DNA of 64,000 nt, from positions 64,001-128,000 of the forward strand of contig CAWEPK010000001.1 in NCBI GenBank assembly GCA_963810935.1, written 5' to 3'. This document shows positions 11,343 to 21,382 of this stretch, in pieces. Numbering within the stretch: the stretch's first letter is position 1; every line of letters begins with the position of its first letter. Source of the stretch: an uncultured delta proteobacterium. GTDB taxonomy: Bacteria > Desulfobacterota > Syntrophorhabdia > Syntrophorhabdales > WCHB1-27. Position numbers and translations under genes: made by a program. Below the pieces are notes generated by a model. It saw only the letters and a program-made list of their open reading frames with translations, was not told the origin of the DNA and ran no database searches.

Positions 11343-12203
11343 TTGATTTGGCGTGCGCATTCAATTGCTTCCGGGAGTGTCGTCCGGCCTTTGCGCCGGT
11401 GCGTGGTGCTGTTGTTCCTCATATCGCTTTCTGCGTGTGCAACCGACAATCACAACCAGGAGCCGGCCGCAGAGATCAAGGCGGAAAAACCCGCCCCCTT
11501 AGCGCGGATTGCCGCCAAACCACCCGAGGTCATCCCTGCCGAGCCGCCCCTGCCCGTTGAAAAAACTCCGCTGGGACTGCGCGGCCGCCACAAGCCGTAC
11601 CATATAAACGGGAAAACGTATTATCCCCTGGTGACGGCGAAGGGCTACGAAGAAAGGGGCATGGCCTGCTGGTACGGCCCGTCCTTCCATGGGCGCAAGA
11701 CGTCGAGCGGAGAAGTGTTCAATATGTATGCGATATCGGCAGCCCATAAAATCCTACCTATGCAGACATGCGTCGAAGTGACAAACCTGGAAAACGGCAA
11801 GTCCATCAAGCTCAAGATAAACGACAGGGGTCCGTTCGTCTCGGGACGTGTCCTCGACCTGTCCTATGGCGCGGCCAAGAACCTTGCGCTGGTAGACAAA
11901 GGACTGGCGAGGGTGCTGATACGCACCTGCGGTCCCATCGAGGGGCAGAGGAAGAACGATATAATGGGAGAGTTCTTCATACATATCGGCGCCTTCGAGC
12001 AGAAAACAGACGCCGCCTGCCTGCTGGATGACATGAAGGCGCTGAGATATAAGCCCGGGCTTCTCAAAGTGATAAGGGCGGACAATTACGGGACGGTGTT
12101 GTGGAGGGTGGAGCTGGGACCGTATAGGTCGATGGCAATGGCGGACAGGGCACATACAAGAGTCATGCAAGACTACCCATCCGCCTTCGTAGTAGCCAAG
12201 TAG
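11343..12203 (+). CDS. rlpA: septal ring lytic transglycosylase RlpA family with SPOR domain
   Basis: Lipobox LSAC, WYGPSFHGRKTSSGE, AAHKILP, INDRGPF, DLSYGAA, C-terminal SPOR; start uncertain. Confidence 0.9.
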   Translation: MIWRAHSIASGSVVRPLRRCVVLLFLISLSACATDNHNQEPAAEIKAEKPAPLARIAAKPPEVIPAEPPLPVEKTPLGLRGRHKPYHINGKTYYPLVTAKGYEERGMACWYGPSFHGRKTSSGEVFNMYAISAAHKILPMQTCVEVTNLENGKSIKLKINDRGPFVSGRVLDLSYGAAKNLALVDKGLARVLIRTCGPIEGQRKNDIMGEFFIHIGAFEQKTDAACLLDDMKALRYKPGLLKVIRADNYGTVLWRVELGPYRSMAMADRAHTRVMQDYPSAFVVAK

Positions 12204-12332
12204 GGGGGCCGGGATCTTTTCGCGGCCTTCGCGTCGTTTCCTCGGGCGCGAGTCCTCACATACACAATACGTATGCTCCGGCTCGCTTCGTCGGAAAGCA
12301 ACGCGAATTCCATCGAAAATCTCCCGGCCCCC
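12204..12332 (+). repeat. REP/MITE-like element, family A
   Basis: ggggccggga...tcccggcccc termini; core nearly identical to the reverse complement of about 57971-58036. Confidence 0.8.
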
Positions 12333-12442
12333 TTCGGTCGTTCAATACGAAAGGCCAAGACTGTTCTACTTCTGCTTGCCGTTTTTTCCTTCGGTGGTAT
12401 AGTGGTATAATAGAGGCTCAGAAAGATGGGGGGAAGGATTCG

Positions 12443-13084
12443 ATGACTAAAGAAGAGCTTGCGGAGTTGTTTCTCGCGCGCCTTAACGAGCTTGCCGAGG
12501 CTGCGCCGCACCCTAATTTCCTGTTTTTCGTTAATGATTTTGTTCCAATGTTCGGGATCACGGACAGGCAGGAGCTTCAGGAGGCCGTAAACTTCCTGGG
12601 GGACGAGGGGCTTATAATCAGCGCAGCGATGGATATTCTGGGCGGCATCAGCGCCGCCATCACGATGGAAGGGAGCATCTACGTTGAGAAAGGTGGCAAC
12701 ACGGGCATCATCGGCCGTTACCAGGAGAACCCCGGCGCCTTCATCGTGACCACCGCCATGGAGGCCGCTTTGTCGGGCCCTGAGGAGCCATCCGGCCCAT
12801 CGCAGCCGCCCCCCGGACGGTCGGAAGCAAGCCCGCCCGCCGCGGGCCGCGCAGCCGAAGCCATTATTGCCGACATGGCGGAGATATTGGAGAGAGACCC
12901 CGCCATCGGGGACGCGGAGCGAAACGACGCTATCGCAGACCTTGCGGCCCTGAAGCTCCAGTTGTCGCGCAGCGCAACCAACACGACTGTGGTCGAGGCC
13001 CTTATGGACGGTCTTTGCCGCCTGGGCCCGATTGCGCCCCTGGCCTCAGCCCTGCGCTCCATCGTCAAGAGCTATAACGCCTAA
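12443..13084 (+). CDS. hypothetical protein
   Basis: 213-aa ORF with RBS; N-terminal globular part, Pro-rich linker, helical C-terminus. Confidence 0.7.
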   Translation: MTKEELAELFLARLNELAEAAPHPNFLFFVNDFVPMFGITDRQELQEAVNFLGDEGLIISAAMDILGGISAAITMEGSIYVEKGGNTGIIGRYQENPGAFIVTTAMEAALSGPEEPSGPSQPPPGRSEASPPAAGRAAEAIIADMAEILERDPAIGDAERNDAIADLAALKLQLSRSATNTTVVEALMDGLCRLGPIAPLASALRSIVKSYNA

Positions 13085-13120
13085 GCAAAACATCCTGCGA
13101 CGAAAAGACATCAGGAACAA

Positions 13121-13149
13121 ATGACCCTGCTGCCTAGCAGCAGGGTCAT
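13121..13149. terminator. hairpin between convergent genes
   Basis: atgaccctgctgc-cta-gcagcagggtcat perfect 13-bp stem. Confidence 0.55.
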
Positions 13150-13171
13150 AAAGCAAGCGTAGCGCCGCGCC

Positions 13172-13251
13172 GAGGGGGGGTGGCTCCATGCGGCCGGGGC
13201 ACCCACCCGAGGTAAGGAGGGAAGGGTCGCCTGGAGGGGGCGCTGAGCCCC
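13172..13251 (+). repeat. REP-like element, family B
   Basis: gagggggggtggctcca...tggagggggcgctgagcccc; same ends as 37613-37662. Confidence 0.6.
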
Positions 13252-14795
13252 TATAATGGCATTTCGATAAGGTGGGGACCGGGCTCGGCCAGGGCCCGCC
13301 GTATTTCTGCCGCAAGGTCCTCTGCGTTTTCCACGCGAACACCCGGAACCCCGAAACCTGACGCCAGGCGCACCCAGTCTATATCGGGAGGCGCCAGGTG
13401 GGTCAGTGCATTTGCCGCAGTCCGGCCCGTATCGACGCCGGTGCGCTCAAGCTCCATCTTGACTATGTTGTAGCTCCTGTTCGAACAGACGAGCGTGGTG
13501 ACATCGACACTCTCCCTTGCCTGCGACCAGAGTGCTTGCAGCGTGTACAGGGCGCTGCCGTCGGCCTGGAAGTTGATGACCTTTCTCTCCGGGCAGGCGA
13601 GGGCTGCGCCGAGGGCGCATGGCATCCCAAGACCTATCGCCCCTCCTGACACTGCCATGAGTGCATGGGGAGGCGCGCCGGCCGATGCAGCGTAATAGGT
13701 AAAGGCGGTCGTCAACCCCTCGTCCACGATGATGGCGTTTTCCGGTTGCAGGGCGGCCAGGACGAGGCAGACCTTCTCCGGGGTGAGCGCGCCCGTGGGC
13801 AGTCCTATAGGGGCAGGCGCCGCCGTCTCCTTCATCCGGGCGCAGGCGGGTGCTCCAAGCTCGTCCGCAAGGGCATTCAGGCAGGTAATCTCGTCCTGGC
13901 CTTCCTGCCATATGGATGCCCGTTTCCGGTCCTGCGGGATTAGTTTGCCCGGCACGCCCGGATAGCCGAAAAACGTCACGGGCTCGCCGGCCCCCGCAAA
14001 CACGACTGCGTCATAAGGCGATAGAAGCTCCAGGCCAAGCTCGGGCAGATAGGGTATGCGCCGCACGGCCGGCAGGTCTGCGCCCCTTTCGACGAAGCCG
14101 GGGAACGTGACGCAGACGAGGTCGCAGCCGGTCATTGCGCTGATGCGGGAGGCCGCAAGCAGGCCGTCGCGCCGAAGCGCCCTTCCGCCGAGGACCATCA
14201 ACGTCTTCTTTCCGGCAGAGAGGAGCCGGGCCGCCTGCACGACGGCATCCGGCGAGACCGGATCGAAGCGGCTTTCCGCTTGCCCGCGCCCGCTGTAAGT
14301 CACCTCCAGCTTCTGTAGGTCGTTCGGCACGATAAGCGTAGAGACATGTCCCCGCAGGGCCGCGCTGATTGCGTCCGAAATATCGTCGGCCAGCTCCTCC
14401 GCGCGGCGGCTCGTCCGGACACGGCCCGATACCGCCCCGGCGAGACTTTCTATATCCATCGCCAGGGGCGGGTCGTTCGGCCGGTGCCAGGATGCGTGCT
14501 CGCCTATAACGTTGACAAGCGGCGTGCGTGCCCTTCTCGCGTTGTGGAGGTTGGCCGTTCCGTTGGCAAGACCCGGGCCGAGGTGGAGCAGGGCCATGGC
14601 GGGCCGCCCGGTCATGCGGCCGTACCCGTCGGCTGCACCCGTGCAGACGCCCTCGAAAACGCAGGGCACGGCCCTTATGCCGCCCACCGAGTCGAGGGCC
14701 GCTACCAGCGGGATCTCGGTTGTCCCCGTATTCGCGAAGCAGAGTGTTATCCCGCTTTCTCCCGCCGCCTTGATAAGGGCTTCCGCGCCTGTCAT
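13251..14795 (-). CDS. acetolactate synthase large subunit-like ThDP-dependent enzyme
   Basis: MTGAEAL...CFANTGTTE, GAADGYGR, LHLGPGLAN, ADGSALYT...N ThDP motif. Confidence 0.88.
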   Translation of the reverse strand: MTGAEALIKAAGESGITLCFANTGTTEIPLVAALDSVGGIRAVPCVFEGVCTGAADGYGRMTGRPAMALLHLGPGLANGTANLHNARRARTPLVNVIGEHASWHRPNDPPLAMDIESLAGAVSGRVRTSRRAEELADDISDAISAALRGHVSTLIVPNDLQKLEVTYSGRGQAESRFDPVSPDAVVQAARLLSAGKKTLMVLGGRALRRDGLLAASRISAMTGCDLVCVTFPGFVERGADLPAVRRIPYLPELGLELLSPYDAVVFAGAGEPVTFFGYPGVPGKLIPQDRKRASIWQEGQDEITCLNALADELGAPACARMKETAAPAPIGLPTGALTPEKVCLVLAALQPENAIIVDEGLTTAFTYYAASAGAPPHALMAVSGGAIGLGMPCALGAALACPERKVINFQADGSALYTLQALWSQARESVDVTTLVCSNRSYNIVKMELERTGVDTGRTAANALTHLAPPDIDWVRLASGFGVPGVRVENAEDLAAEIRRALAEPGPHLIEMPL

Positions 14796-14818
14796 TTGTA
14801 TTTTCTCATCCTCCACGA

Positions 14819-16066
14819 TCAGCTCAATATTCCGACGATGGCGCCCGTCAGGAGGGTCGCAAGCGTTCCGGCGACGATCGACTTTACGCCGAGGCCGATG
14901 ATCTCCGCCCGCCTGCCGGGGACCATCGCTCCCATGCCGCCGATCATAATGCCGAGACTGCCGGGGTTGGCGAACCCGCACAGGGCATATATCATGATCA
15001 ACCTGCTCTTCGGCGAGAGGGCGCCGGCCGGAAGTTTTGCCATGTCGAAATAGGCGATCATCTCGTTGAGTATCGTCTTTGTCCCCATCAGACTGCCCGC
15101 CGTATGCGCCTCCGACCACGGTATGCCGATCAGCCAGACTACGGGCGACATGATGAGCCCGAGGACCCTCTGAAGCGTGATCGCTTCCCCGGCGACGGCG
15201 GGGAAGAGCCCGAGGACCCTGTTTGCCAGATAGACCAGGGCGATAAGCACTACCAGCATGCAGATAATATTGATAAGCAACTCGACACCTTGTATCGTGC
15301 CCTGGGTGATGGCGTCCATAGTGCTCGATGCAGGCTGCGTAACGGACAGGCGGCCCTCCGTAGAGGGCGCTTCTTCCGGCACCATCACCTTCGAGAACAT
15401 GATGGCCGCCGGTATGCTGATGATCGAGACGATCAGGATGTGGCCCATTGCATCGGGGGCGATCGTGCTCAGTATCGAGGCGTAGAGCACCATTACGGTG
15501 CCGGCTATCCCCGCCATCCCGCAGCTCATCGTGATGAAAAGCTCCGTCCTCGTCATCTGCGCCAGGTACGGGCGGACGAAAAGCGGCGCTTCAACCATGC
15601 CCAGAAAGACGTTGGCAGCGGCGGAGAGACCTACGGCGCCGCCCACTCTCATTGTCCTCCTGAAAACCCAGGCGAATGCATGGACGACCACCGGGAGGAT
15701 GCGCCAGTAAAACAGCAGGGATGACAGGGCGCTCACCACAAGCACGACGGGCAGGGCCTGGATGGCGAGGACAAAGCTTGCTCCCGGCCTGCTCTCGTTG
15801 AAAGGGAGCGGTCCTCCCCCGATATAACCGAAGACGAAAGAGGTTCCCGCGCGCGTGGATTCTTCAATCACGGAGACGCATTTGTTGAGGATGTTGAAGA
15901 GACCGCGGAGAAACGGGACTTTGAGCATGAGAAAGGCCATAAGGAAGGTCACGAAGAGGCCGAGAAGGATCTCGCCCACCCTGACCTTCCGCCTGTTCTC
16001 GCTTATTGCCCAGGCGAAGCCGACGAGCACGATTATCCCGAAGATGGCTTGCAGCCGCAACATCAC
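14819..16066 (-). CDS. nupC: NupC/CNT family nucleoside:cation symporter
   Basis: GTSFVFG, ANVFLGMVEAP, LMGTKTILNE, YALCGFAN motifs. Confidence 0.9.
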   Translation of the reverse strand: MMLRLQAIFGIIVLVGFAWAISENRRKVRVGEILLGLFVTFLMAFLMLKVPFLRGLFNILNKCVSVIEESTRAGTSFVFGYIGGGPLPFNESRPGASFVLAIQALPVVLVVSALSSLLFYWRILPVVVHAFAWVFRRTMRVGGAVGLSAAANVFLGMVEAPLFVRPYLAQMTRTELFITMSCGMAGIAGTVMVLYASILSTIAPDAMGHILIVSIISIPAAIMFSKVMVPEEAPSTEGRLSVTQPASSTMDAITQGTIQGVELLINIICMLVVLIALVYLANRVLGLFPAVAGEAITLQRVLGLIMSPVVWLIGIPWSEAHTAGSLMGTKTILNEMIAYFDMAKLPAGALSPKSRLIMIYALCGFANPGSLGIMIGGMGAMVPGRRAEIIGLGVKSIVAGTLATLLTGAIVGILS

Positions 16067-16130
16067 TACCTCAATCCGTTACCTAACATATCATATCTCG
16101 GTGAAAGGGGGCCACCATTCTTGCAGCCTG

Positions 16131-17057
16131 CTATGATTCGGCGGGCGCGCGCGGCGCCTGCCTGACGTTGAAGATCGAAAAAACGCTCAGGAGCACCAGC
16201 ACGGCGCCAAGCACGACCCGCAGCGTGATTTGCTCTCCGAGCAGCGCCCATCCGAGGAAGAGGGCAAGCACAGGGTTAACGTAGGCATAAGTCATCGCTA
16301 TGTTGATCGGCAGCAGCTTCAGGATGATCACGAATGACGTAAAAGCGAAGACCGACCCGAACACAACCAGGTATCCCCATGCGACCCATGCAGAAAGGGT
16401 TGGGTGGGGCGCAGGCTCGCCTAGCAGCAGGGAGACCGCGAGAAAGCCGAAGCCTGCCGCAAGCTGGTGATAGCCCGCCGTCACCTTCGTGTCCAAAGCA
16501 ACGGGCATTCTCGCCTGCACGGCCGAGCCGAGGGCCCAGCCGAACGCGCCGATGAGCAGGGCTGCGATTACCGAGGGACCGGCGCCCCTCATCTGGGCCG
16601 GGGATGACAAGCTCAAGACCGCAATGCCCAAAAAGCCTATGAGCAGCGACACGATCATGGAAACGGACGGACGCTTTTTGTAAATAATCACTTGCAGGAG
16701 CGCCGCCCAGATCGGGACCGTAGACGCCATGAGGCAGACGAAGCCCGAATCGGCATACTGCGCGCCCCAGAGTATCAACCCATGGCCGACCAGCCAGAAT
16801 ATGTTCCCGATGATGCAGAGGGATATCAGCTCCCTGCCCGTCGGTCTCATGTTCAGCCCCTGAAACCGGGCTATCCCCAGCAAGATCAGGGCCGCTAACG
16901 GAAAACGCATCGCGCCGAAAATGAACGGGGGGAAGCCGCTCGAAGGGCCCACGCCTACTCGCATGCCCATATAAGTGGTGCTCCAGAGCACGTAGACCAC
17001 GCATAGATGAAAAAGTCCCCTGCTCGGCAGCTTTTGGTCCACCGGCGCTCCTTTCAA
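16131..17057 (-). CDS. EamA/DMT family transporter
   Basis: VLWSTTY, YLVVFGS, TYAYVNPVLALFLG; about 10 TM. Confidence 0.88.
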   Translation of the reverse strand: MKGAPVDQKLPSRGLFHLCVVYVLWSTTYMGMRVGVGPSSGFPPFIFGAMRFPLAALILLGIARFQGLNMRPTGRELISLCIIGNIFWLVGHGLILWGAQYADSGFVCLMASTVPIWAALLQVIIYKKRPSVSMIVSLLIGFLGIAVLSLSSPAQMRGAGPSVIAALLIGAFGWALGSAVQARMPVALDTKVTAGYHQLAAGFGFLAVSLLLGEPAPHPTLSAWVAWGYLVVFGSVFAFTSFVIILKLLPINIAMTYAYVNPVLALFLGWALLGEQITLRVVLGAVLVLLSVFSIFNVRQAPRAPAES

Positions 17058-17210
17058 AAAGGCCCTTTCGGATGTTTGCGGGGCCAGGGGGAGATTATAT
17101 CAGACAAAGGGGTATAACGTACAAAGGGGAACGAAAAGGACGAGCCGATTTGTCTGGCCTCGGATAGACGGGACTGGTAGACTTGAAGAGCGAGATAAGG
17201 AGGACTGGGA

Positions 17211-18473
17211 ATGGCTGAGAGGACCACCGTCATAAGCTGCCCTCACTGCGGAAAGGAAATAGCGCTCGACGAGGCACTGTCGCAGCGGATCAGGCAGGAA
17301 CTCACGCGTGAAATCGACGTGGAGCTTGCCCAGAGGAAGGCAGCGCTTGCGCAGGCAGAGGCGCGAATCGAGCAGGAGAAGCGGAATGTCGAGGAGCGGC
17401 AGAAAGGCATAGACGCGCAGGTAGCCGACCGCATGAGTAGGGAGCGGACCCGTCTGGCCGCCGATGTGCGGAAGGAGATAGAGGAGAAAAGCGCCCTCGA
17501 CGTGGCTGCGCTCCGGGAGCAGCTCGACGAGAGCAAAAAGAAGATAGCCGTCTTCCGTGAAGAAGAGCTGAGGCTGCGCAAGGAGAAGGCCGACCTCGAA
17601 GAGGCGAGGGAAGCGCTGCGGCTGGAAGTCGCCAGGCGGATCGACGAGGAGAGGAAGGCCATACAGAGCGACACGGAAAAGAGGGTTGCCGAGCAATACC
17701 GGCTCCGTGAGGCGGAGAAGGACAAGGTAATAGAAGACTTGAAGCGGAAGGCGGAGGACCTTCAGCGGAAGGCAGAGTCGGGCTCGCAGCAATTACAGGG
17801 CGAGGTGGCGGAGCTTTCCCTTGAAGAAGTGCTGGCAGCCTCTTTCCCCACGGACTCCATCGAAGAGGTGGCGAAGGGGGTGCGCGGCGCAGACGTCATC
17901 CAGAGGGTGTGCGGCCCGGCCGGGCGCGACTGCGGCACGCTGATATGGGAATCAAAGCGCACCAAGGCGTGGAGCGACGGCTGGCTGGATAAGCTGAAAG
18001 AGGACCAGAGGGACGCGAAAGCGGAGATCGCCGTCCTGGTATCGTCCGTGCTGCCCAAGGGCGTGCGGGGCTTCGGGAGGGTGGAAGGCGTCTGGGTCTG
18101 CGAGCATGAGCTTGCCGCTTGCCTGGCCCATGCGCTCCGGACCGGCCTTATCGAGGTGGCGGCCGCCAAGCTGTCCGTCATGGGCAAGAACGAAAAAATG
18201 GAGATGCTCTACGAGTATCTTTCGGGGCCTGCCTTCAGGCAGCAGATAGAGGCGATGGTCGAGGCGTTCACGACGATGCAGCAGGACCTGAAGAAAGAAA
18301 AGACCGCCATGGAGAAGATCTGGGCAAAACGGGAGAAGCAGATCGAGAGGGTGGTCAGGAACATAACAAGGATGTACGGAGGCATGGAAGGAATCATAGG
18401 CCGGTCCATGCCGGAGATCGCAATGATGGAGCTGAAGGCGCTGTCGGAGGCGGACGGGATCGAAGAGGGATAG
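17211..18473 (+). CDS. DUF2130 domain coiled-coil protein
   Basis: N-terminal CPHC, long coiled coil, GSQQLQGE, KGVRGAD, WESKRTKAWS. Confidence 0.85.
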   Translation: MAERTTVISCPHCGKEIALDEALSQRIRQELTREIDVELAQRKAALAQAEARIEQEKRNVEERQKGIDAQVADRMSRERTRLAADVRKEIEEKSALDVAALREQLDESKKKIAVFREEELRLRKEKADLEEAREALRLEVARRIDEERKAIQSDTEKRVAEQYRLREAEKDKVIEDLKRKAEDLQRKAESGSQQLQGEVAELSLEEVLAASFPTDSIEEVAKGVRGADVIQRVCGPAGRDCGTLIWESKRTKAWSDGWLDKLKEDQRDAKAEIAVLVSSVLPKGVRGFGRVEGVWVCEHELAACLAHALRTGLIEVAAAKLSVMGKNEKMEMLYEYLSGPAFRQQIEAMVEAFTTMQQDLKKEKTAMEKIWAKREKQIERVVRNITRMYGGMEGIIGRSMPEIAMMELKALSEADGIEEG

Positions 18474-18788
18474 CGATGGGGGTAAGGGACTATAGGTGGA
18501 TAAATACTCCTGGGTTCAAGAGTACACCTAAAAGGGTTGGAAGGTGCACTATTACCCGAAAATGCAGATAACCACAAAAAAGAAACACCAAGAGGCAATA
18601 GTGGAGGGAGACGGCAACGAGCAACGGCGTGGATGCATCAGGGGAGAAGCGCGGGAAGACACCCCCTACGGAGGACCGACTCCAGCAAGCTCTTGCATCG
18701 GCTGCTGCTTTTCAGCAATAATATACTCTGCGGGGAACGGCGGAACCCTCAGAAACACGCCATTGCCGTAAAGGAGCCTCATCACACC

Positions 18789-19589
18789 ATGAAAGTCAGA
18801 ACTTTTTTCCTCTTTCTTCTCGTCATCGCCCTTGCAGGCTGCGCGACTGGACCCACCGGACCGACCGTTTCCGTCATACCTGCCCCCGGTAAGCCTTTCG
18901 AGGTCTTCCAGGCGGAAGACGCCGGCTGCAGGCAGTGGGCCGAGCAGCAGATAAACGGCATGAACCCTGCCCAGACGGCCAATCAAAAGACTGCCGCAGG
19001 TGCAGCAATAGGCACGGGCGCGGGCGCGGCCCTCGGCGCGCTCGTCGGGTCTGCCTCGGGACACGCCGGAGCAGGAGCAGCCATAGGAGGAGCGACGGGC
19101 CTCGTCGGTGGTGCGGCTGTGGGCAGCAATGCGGGCGCAGCCTCCGCATATGAGCTCCAGAGGCGCTACAACACCGCCTACACGCAGTGCATGTACTCTA
19201 AAGGCAACCAGGTGCCCGGTGCCTACAGGCCCGTGTCAGCTACCCCGCCTCCTCCGGTCGTCCAGGAAGGACCTCCGCCCTTAGCCTTCGCTTCTCCCCC
19301 GGATGTCGCCCTCATCCCCGGCACCTATGCCTACTTCATCCCTGGGATAGGGGAGGACATCGCCTTCTACGGCGGCTACTGGTACCGGCCATGGCACGGC
19401 CATTGGTACCGGTCTGTATCGTATGCGGGCCCATGGGGCTTCGTCGCCATCGGGGCTGTCCCCTCCGTCATCGTTTCACTGCCTGCAGGATGGCGCAGCA
19501 CCTACCATGGGTACCGCCCTATCCCTCACGCCGAGTTCCACAACAACTGGCAGCGCTGGGAAAGGGAAAGGCACTGGGAGAGGCACTGA
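18789..19589 (+). CDS. glycine-zipper lipoprotein with W/Y-rich C-terminal tail
   Basis: LAGC lipobox, PAPGKPFEVF..ED..C, glycine zipper, QRRYNTAYTQCMYSKGNQVP. Confidence 0.8.
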   Translation: MKVRTFFLFLLVIALAGCATGPTGPTVSVIPAPGKPFEVFQAEDAGCRQWAEQQINGMNPAQTANQKTAAGAAIGTGAGAALGALVGSASGHAGAGAAIGGATGLVGGAAVGSNAGAASAYELQRRYNTAYTQCMYSKGNQVPGAYRPVSATPPPPVVQEGPPPLAFASPPDVALIPGTYAYFIPGIGEDIAFYGGYWYRPWHGHWYRSVSYAGPWGFVAIGAVPSVIVSLPAGWRSTYHGYRPIPHAEFHNNWQRWERERHWERH

Positions 19590-19674
19590 AAGGGTAACCG
19601 TTGTCACGGGGAGGTTGGGAGGAATGGACAAATGGAAAAGAGAGGCTAAAGGATAGATTGAAGGAGTCATATCA

Positions 19675-20366
19675 ATGAACAGGACCGCCTTGCAGCAGTG
19701 CAGCTATGGAGTCTATATCATCTCGGCCCAGAAGGACGGGAAGCCGAACGGGCAGATCGCCATACGGTCTGCCAGATCACGTCGGAGCCGGCGACTGTTT
19801 CGGTCTGCATCAACAAGCAGAATCTTACCCATGACTTCATAATAAGCAGTTGGGCTTTTACCGTCTCCATATTATCAGAAGAGGCCCCCATGCAGTTTAT
19901 CGGCCGCTTCGGGTTCAAGTCCGGAAGGGACGGCGAGAAGTTCCAGGGGATCAATTACAAGCTCGGTCAGACCAAGGCCCCCATTGTCCTTGACCACACG
20001 GTAAGCTATATGGACTGCGAGCTTACGGAGAGCATGGACGCAGGCTCCCACACTATATTCCTCGGCCGGGTAGTAGATGCCTACGTGGTAAGCTCCGCTA
20101 ATCCCATGACCTACGCTTACTATCACCAGGTAAAGGGCGGGAAATCGCCGAAGACAGCTCCCACGTACATAGCTCTGGAATCGAGAAAACCAGAAAAGGA
20201 GAAGAAAATGGAGAAGTACACGTGTTCAATATGCGGATACGTCTACGATCCGGAAGAAGGCGCTCCCGATGTAGGGATCGCAGCAGGTACCGCTTTCGAG
20301 GACCTGCCCGATTCATGGGAATGCCCGATCTGCGGGGCATCGAAAAAGGAGTTCAGCAAGACGTAA
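19675..20366 (+). CDS. flavin reductase-rubredoxin fusion (high-molecular-weight rubredoxin, Hrb-like); 1-nt frameshift near 19761
   Basis: [17 protein letters not shown]...NGQIA joins TVCQITSEP if one base is restored; C-terminal [10 protein letters not shown]...CPICG rubredoxin. Confidence 0.85.
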
Positions 20367-20395
20367 CTGTGACTCCGGCTCCGCGCTGTTTGCTT

Positions 20396-20680
20396 TCATT
20401 TACCTATCACCCTTCGCTTAGCCATAATGTCGAGGTAGATGATATAGACGATCATAAAGACTGATGAAACGGTGGCGGGCATCGCGCTCTGCCTGCTTGA
20501 CAGAGTCAGGGCCAGCCCGCCCGCCAGACCGAAGTTCTTCAAAGTGCCAAGCAGAACCAATGGCACAATAACATCCCGTTCTAAACCAAGGAGCCTACCG
20601 CATACATTTATCAGCCATCCGAGGGGCATGGTAGTTACAAAAGCGACTAAAGCAATGATCAGGGACAGGCAGTCGGGAAA
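20396..20680 (-). pseudogene. C-terminal remnant of a bile acid:Na+ symporter/Acr3-like membrane protein
   Basis: LGTLKNFGLAGGLAL...MPATVSSVFMIVYIIYL with no N-terminal portion or credible start. Confidence 0.5.
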
Positions 20681-20824
20681 TAAATCTTCATCGGCAGGCT
20701 GACGGACCCGACGAAAAATAAGGATTGAGGGGAAAGGGGGAACCAGCTTGGAAGATGGCGACGGGCGCCGGTAAAGAACCTCAATCGTTGCCTTTTAAGG
20801 TGCCGTCCTTCCAAATGCCTGAGC

Positions 20825-21082
20825 TTATTGAAGACTCTTTTTGCCTATGAGCTCTTTGTACCTATCGGGGTGGTAGCCAGTTACGACGTCCCTCCCGATC
20901 TTCACTACAGGAAAACCGCCTGCTCCGATATCATGCATGTCTTGTTCGATGCTCTGCTGCTTTTGATCGTCGGCGAGGTCGTAGTCGGTGTAGTCATAGG
21001 CCACGCCCTGCTCCTCGAAGTATCTCTTGGCTTTCCTACACCAGGGACACGTGCTGAGAGAATATATCGTCACCCTTCTCAT
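20825..21082 (-). CDS. glutaredoxin family protein
   Basis: YSLSTCPWC active site, FPVVKIG; AAGGAG RBS. Confidence 0.88.
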   Translation of the reverse strand: MRRVTIYSLSTCPWCRKAKRYFEEQGVAYDYTDYDLADDQKQQSIEQDMHDIGAGGFPVVKIGRDVVTGYHPDRYKELIGKKSLQ

Positions 21083-21382
21083 TGAAAACTCCTTTTTGAT
21101 TGCCGAATCCAACGGGGCAACTGCAGCCCGACCGATTTGATTATCTGTGAAGAATATAGGATCTTTCTGCTACACCGCAAGGGGAAAGCAAAGATTAGGA
21201 GGAGGGGTAGGACAGACATCGTACGAGAATATTGTCAATGGCTGTGGGCCTGTGGTCATCGCCGCGTTCACTATTATTCCACGTAAGATTCTGATTGCGG
21301 TCCGCCTTGTATCAATGGTATATAAAAAAAGCTTGACGTATCATCACTGTTAATCAGAAATAATCCAACGTGCGAGGTTTCC

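Noticed and set aside
14796..15119. N-terminal extensions in the ORF track (also 25777-26370, 59621-59929, 60457-60762)
   Set aside because: They overlap upstream genes in another frame; true starts are at family-typical N-termini
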